64,000 nucleotides of DNA from Bacteroidota bacterium (lineage in GTDB: Bacteria; Bacteroidota; Bacteroidia; Bacteroidales; GCA-2748055), in NCBI GenBank assembly GCA_024640885.1, contig JAHEEC010000006.1:5238-69237 (forward strand). Reading direction: 5' to 3'. Under the pieces are notes generated by a model. The model had not been told where the DNA came from and searched no databases. It saw nothing but the letters and a program-made list of their open reading frames with translations. The position numbers and the translations under genes are program-made. Shown here in pieces: positions 1 to 8,866 of the stretch (its first letter is position 1; each line of letters begins with the position of its first letter).

Positions 1-188
1 ACGATATCCTGAATGACCGGGGCCTGATGGGAGATGGGTGCATTGACCTGGGGCAGATCAGGGGCTGGATGGAAGATGCCGGATTCGAAGGATACCGGGA
101 GGTGGAGGTCTTCTCTGACAAATACTGGGCCATGGACCAGGTGAAATATCTGGACAGGATCAAAAGGGCGTACCTGGAACATAGCTGA
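1..188 (+). CDS. sugar phosphate isomerase/epimerase-like (xylose isomerase-like TIM barrel) protein, C-terminal fragment cut by window edge
   Basis: Frame 3 is open from the window edge to TGA 186-188 (...[32 protein letters not shown]...LEHS*). This C-terminal pattern, and a position 5 nt upstream of a Gfo/Idh/MocA gene, are typical of this family. The call is from motif memory only. Confidence 0.45.
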   Translation, partial: DILNDRGLMGDGCIDLGQIRGWMEDAGFEGYREVEVFSDKYWAMDQVKYLDRIKRAYLEHS

Positions 189-193
189 GAAAT

Positions 194-1339
194 ATGAAAA
201 CACATCATGCAGGCATAATTATGAACGGGGTGACCGGCAGAATGGGAACCAACCAGCATTTGATGCGGTCCATCGTGGAGATAATCAAACAGGGAGGGGT
301 CAGGATCTCTGACCGGGAGACCATCATGCCCGATCCCATCCTTGTGGGCCGGAATAAGGAAAAACTGAAGACTCTTGCTGCAATGTCCGGTGTTGAGAAG
401 TGGAGCACAGACCTCGGCCCCTTATTGGAAGATCCCGGTTATCCTGTCTATTTTGACGCCCAGACCACGGGCAGGCGTGAGGAAGCAGTGATGCAGGCTG
501 CCAGGGCGGGAAAACACATCTATTGCGAAAAGCCGGCGGCAACCTCAACGGAAGGTGCCATGAAGCTTTTGAATGCATGTGAGGCTGCGGGGGTCAAACA
601 TGGGGTGGTGCAGGATAAATTATGGTTGCCTGGCCTCCTGAAACTAAAGCGCCTGATCGATGAGGGCTTTTTTGGCACCATCCTTTCGGTCAGGGGTGAA
701 TTTGGCTACTGGGTTTTTGAGGGTCACACGGTCAGGGCTCAGCGTCCAAGCTGGAACTACCGCAAGGAGGATGATGGCGGGATCATCATGGATATGCTTT
801 GCCACTGGCGCTATGTGCTGGACAATATCTTTGGAAAAGTGAAAGGTGTCTTCTGCCTTGGGGCCACCCACATCCCCGAGCGCATCGACGAAGAGGGGCA
901 TGCATACCGGTGCACCGCTGAGGATGCTGCCTACGCCACCTTTGAGCTGGAAGGCGGGATCATCGCTCATTTCAATTCGTCATGGGTCACACGCGTGAGG
1001 AGGGATGACCTGCTTACCCTGCATGTGGACGGAACCAGGGGATCGGCTGTGGCCGGTTTAAGAACATGCATGGTACAGGATTACGGGAGCACCCCGAAAC
1101 CGGTGTGGAATCCCGATATTCCAAGTCCCATAGACTTTTACAAAGACTGGACCGAGCTCTACGCCGATGAGGTTTTTGAGAATGCTTTCAAGGCACAGTG
1201 GGAGCTCTACCTGAAACATGTCTTCAATAACGGCCCTTTCCCATGGGATTTAAAGGAGGGGGCGAAGGGGGTGCAATTGGCTGAAAAAGGAATGGAAAGC
1301 TGGGCCAGCCGTCGCTGGGTGACCGTACCGGCCCTCTAA
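194..1339 (+). CDS. Gfo/Idh/MocA family oxidoreductase (cytoplasmic)
   Basis: 381-aa ORF. It has an N-terminal Rossmann segment GIIMNGVTGRMG and the family EKP motif (HIYCEKPAA). No signal peptide. Confidence 0.85.
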   Translation: MKTHHAGIIMNGVTGRMGTNQHLMRSIVEIIKQGGVRISDRETIMPDPILVGRNKEKLKTLAAMSGVEKWSTDLGPLLEDPGYPVYFDAQTTGRREEAVMQAARAGKHIYCEKPAATSTEGAMKLLNACEAAGVKHGVVQDKLWLPGLLKLKRLIDEGFFGTILSVRGEFGYWVFEGHTVRAQRPSWNYRKEDDGGIIMDMLCHWRYVLDNIFGKVKGVFCLGATHIPERIDEEGHAYRCTAEDAAYATFELEGGIIAHFNSSWVTRVRRDDLLTLHVDGTRGSAVAGLRTCMVQDYGSTPKPVWNPDIPSPIDFYKDWTELYADEVFENAFKAQWELYLKHVFNNGPFPWDLKEGAKGVQLAEKGMESWASRRWVTVPAL

Positions 1340-1365
1340 ATACAGTTCGGAGAAAACCGCAGATC

Positions 1366-2136
1366 ATGAAAAGAACGGCACTTATTACAGGAGGATCCAG
1401 GGGAATTGGCCTCGGGATCGCCACGGAGCTTGCCAGGGCTGGATTTGACCTGGCCGTCAACGGGGTCCGGAAGGAGGAGATGGTCCTTGATGCCATCAAC
1501 GGGCTGCTGGAATTTGGGACCCATGTAATCTATACCAGGGGGGATATATCCCGGGCGGATGAAAGGGGGGCGATCATGGACAGGGTCATTGAAACCTTCG
1601 GGCATCTCAACGTGCTGGTTAACAATGCAGGGGTGGCACCCCTGGAACGATTGGACCTGCTTGAAGCTGCCGAGGAGAGTTATGACCGGGTCATGAATAT
1701 TAACCTGAAGGGGCCCTATTTTTTGACGCAACTGGTAGCGCGGCACATGGTGAAAATGAAGGCTCAGGATCCCGGATTTCAGGCCTCCATTATCAATATT
1801 ACCTCTATTTCTGCCGGGGTGGCCTCCGCCAACCGGGGGGAGTACTGCATATCAAAAGCCGGAATGGCCATGGCAACCAGGCTGTGGGCCGTGCGGCTGG
1901 GGGAGTATGATATTCCGGTGTATGAGATTCAACCGGGAATCATCCAGACGGACATGACCTCGGGCGTGAAGCAAAAATATGACAGGCTGATCGAAGGTGG
2001 CCTCTGTGTTCAAAAACGATGGGGCCTGCCGGGGGACGTTGGAAAGGTGGCTGCAGCCATGGCAAACGGTTCCATGCCCTATTCCACCGGTCAGGTGGTT
2101 ATGGTAGATGGCGGATTGACCCTTCCAAGGCTCTAA
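1366..2136 (+). CDS. SDR family oxidoreductase
   Basis: 256 aa. TGGSRGIG cofactor motif, NNAG, and catalytic YCISK (YxxxK). Confidence 0.9.
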   Translation: MKRTALITGGSRGIGLGIATELARAGFDLAVNGVRKEEMVLDAINGLLEFGTHVIYTRGDISRADERGAIMDRVIETFGHLNVLVNNAGVAPLERLDLLEAAEESYDRVMNINLKGPYFLTQLVARHMVKMKAQDPGFQASIINITSISAGVASANRGEYCISKAGMAMATRLWAVRLGEYDIPVYEIQPGIIQTDMTSGVKQKYDRLIEGGLCVQKRWGLPGDVGKVAAAMANGSMPYSTGQVVMVDGGLTLPRL

Positions 2137-2186
2137 GCTGCCATCAGGTTTCAAACTTTCCATATATTTACTGAAATATTCACCCC

Positions 2187-3359
2187 ATGATAGATTCATT
2201 TCAATTTTCTCCACTGCCGGAAATCCTGTTCGGAAAAGGAAAGCGAAAAGAACTGCCTGCTGCAGCCAGGGCCATCGGCACCCATGTGCTTCTGCTGACG
2301 GGCTCCTCTTCCATTCACAATTCGGGTCACGGAGATGAAATCATCCTGGGACTGGAAAAGGCCCGACTTCAGGTGAGCAGGGAGGTCATCGCTCATGAAC
2401 CTTCGCCCGGGGTGGTTGACCGGATCGCGGAGCGTTTCAGGGGAGCTGATGTACAGGTGGTAGTCGCGGTGGGAGGGGGCAGTGTAATGGATGCCGGAAA
2501 GGCGGTATCTGCGATGATCCCTGTGGAAGGAGGCATCACCGAATACCTTGAAGGAATGGGTGGAAAGGAGCATCCCGGTACTAAAATTCCATTTATTGCC
2601 ATGCCCACCACATCGGGAACCGGAAGTGAAATGACAAAAAACGCAGTCATTTCAGAGGTGGGTGAGGAGGGATTTAAAAGGTCACTGAGACATGATAAAT
2701 TTATCCCCGAGCTCGCCATTATTGACCCGGAGATGATGCTCTCCTGTCCGGCAAGGCTCACAGCCACTGCGGGTATGGATGCATTCACCCAGTTGCTCGA
2801 GTCCTATGTGTCCACACGGTCAAATCCCATGACAGATGCGTTGGCCCTGCAGGGATTAAAACAAATTAAAAGATTTCTTTTAAGGGCATTTCTGGAAGGC
2901 GAGCAGAACCTGGATGCACGGTCAGGAATGGCGCTGGCAGCAATGTTCTCGGGAATTGCACTGGCCCATGCGGGACTTGGACTGGTCCATGGGTTTGCCT
3001 CTCCATTGGGTGGATTTTACGATATACCCCATGGCGTGGTTTGCGGATCGCTGATGGCTCCGGTTTTCTCCCATACCATTGATAATCTTATCGATCAACC
3101 CGAGCACCCGGCCCTTCAAAAGTTAATCATAGTCAGCAAAGTCTTTGCAGATTTCAAATACAAGAAGGAGCTGGAATACCTTCAGGCATTCAAGGAGAAA
3201 CTCATTCACATCTCAAACCTGCTGGAAATCCCCAGGCTATCTGAATACGGATTTAAAGAGGAATTCATTCCAAAAATCGTGGAGCATAGCTCGCATAAGT
3301 TCCATCCGGTCAAACTTTCAGTTGATCAAATGTCGGAAGTGTTACGGAGCAGGATTTAG
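2187..3359 (+). CDS. iron-containing (group III) alcohol dehydrogenase
   Basis: 390 aa. GGGSVMDAGK and TTSGTGSE motifs, plus a His-rich metal site (HGFASP...PHG). Confidence 0.9.
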   Translation: MIDSFQFSPLPEILFGKGKRKELPAAARAIGTHVLLLTGSSSIHNSGHGDEIILGLEKARLQVSREVIAHEPSPGVVDRIAERFRGADVQVVVAVGGGSVMDAGKAVSAMIPVEGGITEYLEGMGGKEHPGTKIPFIAMPTTSGTGSEMTKNAVISEVGEEGFKRSLRHDKFIPELAIIDPEMMLSCPARLTATAGMDAFTQLLESYVSTRSNPMTDALALQGLKQIKRFLLRAFLEGEQNLDARSGMALAAMFSGIALAHAGLGLVHGFASPLGGFYDIPHGVVCGSLMAPVFSHTIDNLIDQPEHPALQKLIIVSKVFADFKYKKELEYLQAFKEKLIHISNLLEIPRLSEYGFKEEFIPKIVEHSSHKFHPVKLSVDQMSEVLRSRI

Positions 3360-3836
3360 TGGTTTTGCCGTACCCTTGGAAAGGGATTTAATATTCTCTG
3401 GGTCAACGATGAAATAGTGCTCTGAAATGTGCTTTTCCTGGATGATTGAATTGAAAGAATCACCTTTGAGGTTCCGGTCAAATTTGCGATTCCTCCACAC
3501 GTCCGGATTTGTAAACGGGTTTAGTGTCGGGTCATAGTTCACGGCCCTTCCATCCTGGTAAAATTTAACGGGTTCTTCATCATATCCCTGAAGGTATATG
3601 ACAAGGCTGTCATAATAGAACGAAAAATATTCAAATCCGTCCAGGCAATCGCAATTGATGGAATAAAATTGATCCATTACCCCTGGTTGGATCCAGTCCC
3701 CGTCCGCAAACTCCGAAGAATAGGCCTGGGCATAAATTGGCACTTCGGTTTCATTTCTGATAGAGATCCATGAGAGATCATCATTCACACATCCGGCCAC
3801 CAGGAAAAACATTGATATCCAGATAATTCCTTTCAT
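3342..3836 (-). CDS. hypothetical lipoprotein
   Basis: 164 aa with lipobox signal MKGIIWISMFFLVAGC. No recognisable domain. Its 3' end overlaps the convergent ADH gene by 18 nt. Confidence 0.6.
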   Translation of the reverse strand: MKGIIWISMFFLVAGCVNDDLSWISIRNETEVPIYAQAYSSEFADGDWIQPGVMDQFYSINCDCLDGFEYFSFYYDSLVIYLQGYDEEPVKFYQDGRAVNYDPTLNPFTNPDVWRNRKFDRNLKGDSFNSIIQEKHISEHYFIVDPENIKSLSKGTAKPLNPAP

Positions 3837-4424
3837 TTACATCCCTTTTGGAAGCTCAATCCCGGTATTTGACAGGAACAGTCGAATGGCGATGGCAAGC
3901 AGGATAATCCCGAAAAATTTTCTCAGAATATGCAAGCCATTGGGTCCGAGTATTCTTTCAAAAAAGGTTGTGAGCCTGAGCACAAGATACACAATAATCA
4001 TATTCAAAGAAAGTGCGATCAAAATATTTATTAGGTGATATTCAGCGCGAAGGGAGAGCAGGGTGGTGATTGAACCGGCTCCTGCAATCAGTGGAAAGGC
4101 GATGGGAATAATGGCACCGCTGCCCCCTGATTCATGTTTGAAAAGCTGGATACCCATGACCATCTCCAATCCCATGAGCAGAATGATGATTGAGCCGGCA
4201 ATTGCGAAAGAGGAAATATCCACACCGAACAATCCCAGCAGGGGTTCACCGATAAACAGGAAAAGAAGCATGATGACGAAGGCGGCGATGGTCGTTTTTC
4301 CTGCCAGGACCGATCCGGTCTTTGATTTGATATCGAGGATGATTGGAATTGACCCGAGAATATCAATGATGGCAAACAGGACCATGAATGCTGCCAGAAT
4401 TTCAACAATGCTCAAATGTATCAT
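3837..4424 (-). CDS. MarC family (UPF0056) integral membrane protein
   Basis: Polytopic membrane ORF directly upstream of 3836. The ORF-track start at 4451 is TTG; the first ATG is at 4424 (MIHLSIVEIL...). Confidence 0.75.
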   Translation of the reverse strand: MIHLSIVEILAAFMVLFAIIDILGSIPIILDIKSKTGSVLAGKTTIAAFVIMLLFLFIGEPLLGLFGVDISSFAIAGSIIILLMGLEMVMGIQLFKHESGGSGAIIPIAFPLIAGAGSITTLLSLRAEYHLINILIALSLNMIIVYLVLRLTTFFERILGPNGLHILRKFFGIILLAIAIRLFLSNTGIELPKGM

Positions 4425-4603
4425 GACCAGGTGTTTTGATCTGGGGTGCAAAGATCAAACATTTTTACCTGAATAATCTTAATAATCGGGCAATACAATA
4501 GTTTTTATTTTCTTAAACATATCAGAGAGAATGCACCGGGTGATTTTGCAGTAAATTGACGGTGATCCGGATCCTTTGTTTCCTGTGGGATAAAAGATAT
4601 GAT

Positions 4604-4630
4604 AAAAGCCGGGGCAGTGACCCGGCTTTT
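4604..4630 (-). terminator. intrinsic terminator candidate downstream of the secreted PRX-like gene
   Basis: On the minus RNA: AAAAGCCGGG-UCACUGC-CCCGGCUUUU followed by a U-rich tail. A second hairpin, AAGAGGA-N8-TCCTCTT, lies at 4643-4664 right after the stop codon. Confidence 0.5.
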
Positions 4631-4665
4631 GCTCAATACTGTAAGAGGATTGATTGATCCTCTTC

Positions 4666-5271
4666 CTAGCCCTTTGCTTTGATGGAACACCCAATGGCTT
4701 TGGTGGTGGCCGGTTCGGGTATTTCCCCTGCCATGACCGCCCTGATTGCCTTCTCAAGGTATTTATTTAGGATCGATGATGCATCCTTGGCCATGGCATT
4801 GTCGTCGATGGCGCCGATGTAGGCAACTTTAAATTTCCCGCCCTTGTTTTGAAGCAGAAAAACATGGGGTGTGCGTGTTGCACCGTAGGCAAGGTAAACC
4901 TCCTGTGTTTCATCCTTCAGGTATGGGAAAGGATATCCCTTCTCACTGGCTTTGGCTTTCATCTTGTCAAAAGTATCCTCCGGGGAGACCTGTTCATCAT
5001 TTGGATTGATGGCAACCACCGGGAATCCCTGGTCGGCAAAAGTGCGATGCAACTGGATAATCCTTTGCTCGTAAGCCTGGGCAAATGGACATGGATTGCA
5101 TGTAAATACAACAATGACCCCTTTCTGGTCACTGTAATCGGAAAGAGAAACGGTGGAGCCGTCCACACCCTTCAGGGAGAAATTTACGGCATTATCACCC
5201 GGCTTCAAACCTGCATTCACCATCAATAGGGATGATAAGAGAAATGTCAATGTGGCAAGTGTTTTTTTCAT
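4666..5271 (-). CDS. thioredoxin-fold PRX-like protein, secreted
   Basis: FTCNPCPF redox motif and C-terminal IGCSIK. It is a paralog of 5856-6434. ATG 5271 gives the signal peptide MKKTLATLTFLLSSLLMVNA and sits 1 nt after the upstream stop. ATG 5289 is also possible. Confidence 0.8.
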   Translation of the reverse strand: MKKTLATLTFLLSSLLMVNAGLKPGDNAVNFSLKGVDGSTVSLSDYSDQKGVIVVFTCNPCPFAQAYEQRIIQLHRTFADQGFPVVAINPNDEQVSPEDTFDKMKAKASEKGYPFPYLKDETQEVYLAYGATRTPHVFLLQNKGGKFKVAYIGAIDDNAMAKDASSILNKYLEKAIRAVMAGEIPEPATTKAIGCSIKAKG

Positions 5272-5272
5272 A

Positions 5273-5755
5273 TCAGTTAAGAATTTCATCTACATGTTCA
5301 AATAGTTCATTTCGCGATAGCTCTTTCTCAAGAAATACTCTTTCGGAATTGCGATAGATCAGGGTTGCCGGCAGGGCACCGGACCAGGCAGGGTCCACAA
5401 GGTCGATCCAGGCATTGTAATTGAGATCGGTCACAAGCATCACGGGGGCGGTTATATTCCTCTCCTCAAGGAACGGGATCACCCTGCTTTCCAGTTGATC
5501 TGGAAAATCAAGACTTACTAGGATCACTTTTACGGCTGCGTCAACCCGGGAACGGTGAAGTTCTTCGAAATAGCCAATCTCTTTTACACATGGAGAACAC
5601 CACGTGGCCCAGAAATTCACCACGTAGGTGGTGTCCCTTGATCCGTTTGTGATAGACAAGATCCCATCCATGTCAATTTCCTGAATGGCCTGACCCCAGG
5701 TCTGACCAATATTCAGAATAAAGATGAGCGCTATGGTTATACGAAACTTCAACAA
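5273..5755 (-). CDS. TlpA/ResA-like thiol:disulfide oxidoreductase, secreted
   Basis: 160 aa. A signal-like N-terminus is followed by WATWCSPC (CxxC). The only N-terminal start codons in frame are TTG (5755 and the next codon). Confidence 0.8.
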   Translation of the reverse strand: MLKFRITIALIFILNIGQTWGQAIQEIDMDGILSITNGSRDTTYVVNFWATWCSPCVKEIGYFEELHRSRVDAAVKVILVSLDFPDQLESRVIPFLEERNITAPVMLVTDLNYNAWIDLVDPAWSGALPATLIYRNSERVFLEKELSRNELFEHVDEILN

Positions 5756-5855
5756 ATGTAAAACGTCTGTTGTGCCACATTGTTTTTAGAAAGGACCCCG
5801 GATAAACAATTTTAACTTTTATTTGTATTTCAGATAGCACTTTAAAATTAAAATC

Positions 5856-6434
5856 ATGGGTTTTACGTTAGACATCGGTTCCCGGGCACCTGATTTCAGG
5901 CTTCCTGCCACCGATGGAATTGATTACTCGCTCTCTGACTTCAGGGATGATATCCTGGTCATTTTCTTCACCTGCAACCATTGCCCCTATGTGATCGGTT
6001 CAGATGAGGTTACCAGGGCAACCGTTCAGAAATATGCTCCCAAAGGAGTCAGGTTCATTGGAGTAAACTCCAACAGCGCCAGGACATACCAGGTGGATGA
6101 TTTTCCCCATATGGTCCAGCGTATGAAGGAACACCGGTTTCCCTGGGTATACCTGTATGATGAAAGCCAGGATGTGGCAAGGGCTTACGGCGCATTGAGA
6201 ACGCCCCATTTCTATGTGTTTAATGCGGACAGAAAATTGGTTTATACCGGAAGGGCAGTGGACCAACCCAAAGATTCAAGCCGCATCACTGTCAATGACC
6301 TTGAGAGGGCCCTGGATGAATTGACCACCGGCAGGGAGGTTTCCATTCCGGTTACAAATCCCATTGGGTGCAATGTCAAGTGGGACGGCAAGGAGAGGCA
6401 TTGGATGCCTGCAGATGCCTGCGACCTGGTCTGA
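5856..6434 (+). CDS. thioredoxin-fold PRX-like protein, cytoplasmic paralog
   Basis: 192 aa. FTCNHCPY motif and C-terminal IGCNVK, with no signal peptide. It is colinear with 4666-5271 over most of its length. Confidence 0.8.
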   Translation: MGFTLDIGSRAPDFRLPATDGIDYSLSDFRDDILVIFFTCNHCPYVIGSDEVTRATVQKYAPKGVRFIGVNSNSARTYQVDDFPHMVQRMKEHRFPWVYLYDESQDVARAYGALRTPHFYVFNADRKLVYTGRAVDQPKDSSRITVNDLERALDELTTGREVSIPVTNPIGCNVKWDGKERHWMPADACDLV

Positions 6435-6490
6435 TTGGCGGAAACCAGGCGTTGTGATCCCATCCCATGACGGGGGTGAACACAGGCTAA

Positions 6491-7009
6491 TCAGGCAGTA
6501 TAAACCTTTCTGATTTGTTTCTTTCCCAGGTGGATCCGGCTCTTGACCGTTCCGATGGGTATATTCATTTGTTGGGAGATCTCCTTGTAGGAGTATCCCG
6601 TCAGGAACATGTGAATGGGTTTTTCATATCCCTGTGGCAAAAGCTTGATCATTTCATGGAGTTCCTTCCTGATCAACTGTTCATCCGGTGGTGCCTCACT
6701 GAGGCTTGTTCCCGGGGATGAATAATTATTCAGTTCATCCGTATCGTGCACAAGTTGCCTGAAGTGGCTGCTTCGCAAGTAATTAATGTAAGTGTTCTTA
6801 AGAATTGTGTAAAGCCAGGCCCTGATGTGATCGTTATTATGGAGCCTTGTCCTGTTCTTCAGGGCTTTATAACTTGTCTCCTGAACCAGGTCCAGTGCGT
6901 CTTCACGGTCCTCGGTAAGTTGCAGTGCAAAATAATAAAGTTGCTCCTGCATATTTACCAGGTCACCTGCAAAATGGTCAGGTTTTCGGTCCATTTCCGA
7001 TGCCTCCAT
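6491..7009 (-). CDS. ECF-type RNA polymerase sigma-70 factor
   Basis: 172 aa. Region 2 (DLVQETSYKALKN...WLYTILKNTYINYLR) and region 4 HTH (YSYKEISQQMNIPIGTVKSRIHLGKKQI). Confidence 0.85.
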   Translation of the reverse strand: MEASEMDRKPDHFAGDLVNMQEQLYYFALQLTEDREDALDLVQETSYKALKNRTRLHNNDHIRAWLYTILKNTYINYLRSSHFRQLVHDTDELNNYSSPGTSLSEAPPDEQLIRKELHEMIKLLPQGYEKPIHMFLTGYSYKEISQQMNIPIGTVKSRIHLGKKQIRKVYTA

Positions 7010-7182
7010 TATTGATGAAGATTATCTTTAGGCAAATTACTAAATAATCAAATACACTTCAAGGGGTTATCAAAATAGATATTCACTGCAAATGATTGGC
7101 GCTGTTCCTTGATAAAAAGGAATAGTTTTCACATTTTTATAATTTCTTTAACACCTTTAAATCACACTTAATTCTGAATCAC

Positions 7183-7905
7183 ATGACACTTAAAACACTA
7201 ACCCTGGTGGGTGCACTATGCTGTGTTTCAACCTCCTTTAATCCCAGTATCGCACAGGAAGCGAAAATCCCTGCGGATCCTGGGTTTGAATGGTTGTTCA
7301 ACGGCGAGGGAACAACCGGATGGCGGGGATATAAAAAGGACAAACTTCCCGGGAAATGGTCCGTGGAGGAGGGTACGTTACACTTTAATCCCAAGGGCGA
7401 AGGGAAAGGCGGGGACATTATCTATGATAAGATCTATTCCAATTTCCACCTGAAGCTGGAATGGATGATCGAGGAGGGAGGCAATTCGGGGATCTTTTAC
7501 CTTGGATCGGAGGACCCGGCCTTAAAATCTATTTATTATACCGCTCCGGAAATGCAGGTCCTGGATAATGAAAGGCACCCCGATGCCAAGTTGGGCAGGG
7601 ACGGGAACCGGATGTCCGGTTCACTCTATGATCTGATTCCGGCAAATCCTCAGAATTTCAGGGGAGCAGGGGAGTGGAACCAGGTAGAGGTGATCCACAG
7701 TGATGGTCATGTGATCCATATGATGAATGGAGAGAAGGTAGTGGAATACCAGGCTGGAACCCCCGAATGGATCGAGCTGGTGGCCGGTTCCAAATTTCCG
7801 GCACTGAACCCCCACTGGGCCGATCTACAGAAGGAGGGTTATATCGGCCTGCAGGATCACGGCAACAATGTGTGGTACAGGAATATCCAGATCAAACAAT
7901 TATAA
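7183..7905 (+). CDS. DUF1080 (3-keto-disaccharide hydrolase family) protein, secreted
   Basis: 240 aa. Signal peptide, then W..Y....P..W.V.....L, GGNSGIFY and GLQDHGNNVWYRNIQIK motifs typical of DUF1080. Confidence 0.85.
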   Translation: MTLKTLTLVGALCCVSTSFNPSIAQEAKIPADPGFEWLFNGEGTTGWRGYKKDKLPGKWSVEEGTLHFNPKGEGKGGDIIYDKIYSNFHLKLEWMIEEGGNSGIFYLGSEDPALKSIYYTAPEMQVLDNERHPDAKLGRDGNRMSGSLYDLIPANPQNFRGAGEWNQVEVIHSDGHVIHMMNGEKVVEYQAGTPEWIELVAGSKFPALNPHWADLQKEGYIGLQDHGNNVWYRNIQIKQL

Positions 7906-7927
7906 ACTCGTTAATACAACTTACATT

Positions 7928-8866
7928 ATGCAAAACAGAAGAACTTTTATGAAAAGTGCAGCTGTGGCTGCAGCAGCTCTTTCGGGTGGACAAATCGCTT
8001 TTGCCAAGGGGAAGGATGCAGTTTCAAATTCACCCCTCAAGGGAGATGATGATGGTCTCTTTTTCAAAATTTCTCTGGCCGAATGGTCACTCAACCCGGT
8101 CATCCGCAAGGGTGATCTGGATAACCTGGATTTTCCTGCTTACGCAAAAGATAAGTTTGACATCCATGCGGTGGAATACGTGGACCAGTTTTTCCCTTCA
8201 GCGGAAAAGGCCTATATCAATGACCTGAAGAAGCGGACTGAGGACATCGGAGTGAAGAATGTGCTGATTATGGTTGACACTGCCGGAAGCCTGGGAGAGT
8301 CGGATGAGGAGAAGCGAATAGCGGCAGTTGAGAAGCATTACCAGTGGGTGGAAGCTGCAGAGATACTGGGTTGTCACGCCATACGGGTAAACGCCCGCGG
8401 AAGGGGATCGGAGCTGGATGTGGCCTATGCAACCACAAAAAGTCTCATTACGCTGGGCCGTTTTGCTGCTGACTATGGCATCAGTGTGATCGTTGAGAAT
8501 CATGGGGGCTTCTCCTCTAGGGCCAGCTGGCTTGCCGGGGTGATCCGTGCCACCGGGATGGTGAACTGTGGGGTCCTTCCTGATTTTGGGAATTTCGTGG
8601 TAAGCCGCCAGGAGAATTATGACCTTTACCTGGGTATGACGGAATTAATGCCAATTGCAAAAGGTGTAAGCGCGAAATCTCATGAATTTGATGAGGAGGG
8701 GAATGAAACCACGAAAGATTTCTACCGCCTCCTGAAAATTGTCAAGGATTCAGGATTCAGGGGATATATCGATGTGGAATATGAGGGAAGGACACTGAGT
8801 CCTGATGAAGGAATCATGGCCACGAAAAATCTTTTGATCAAAGCTGGTAAATCGCTTGAATCATAG
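7928..8866 (+). CDS. sugar phosphate isomerase/epimerase (TIM barrel) with twin-arginine signal
   Basis: MQNRRTFMKSAAVAAAALSGG is a Tat signal at ATG 7928. The longer ORF from 7868 overlaps the DUF1080 gene. The body resembles xylose isomerase-like TIM-barrel proteins. Confidence 0.85.
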   Translation: MQNRRTFMKSAAVAAAALSGGQIAFAKGKDAVSNSPLKGDDDGLFFKISLAEWSLNPVIRKGDLDNLDFPAYAKDKFDIHAVEYVDQFFPSAEKAYINDLKKRTEDIGVKNVLIMVDTAGSLGESDEEKRIAAVEKHYQWVEAAEILGCHAIRVNARGRGSELDVAYATTKSLITLGRFAADYGISVIVENHGGFSSRASWLAGVIRATGMVNCGVLPDFGNFVVSRQENYDLYLGMTELMPIAKGVSAKSHEFDEEGNETTKDFYRLLKIVKDSGFRGYIDVEYEGRTLSPDEGIMATKNLLIKAGKSLES

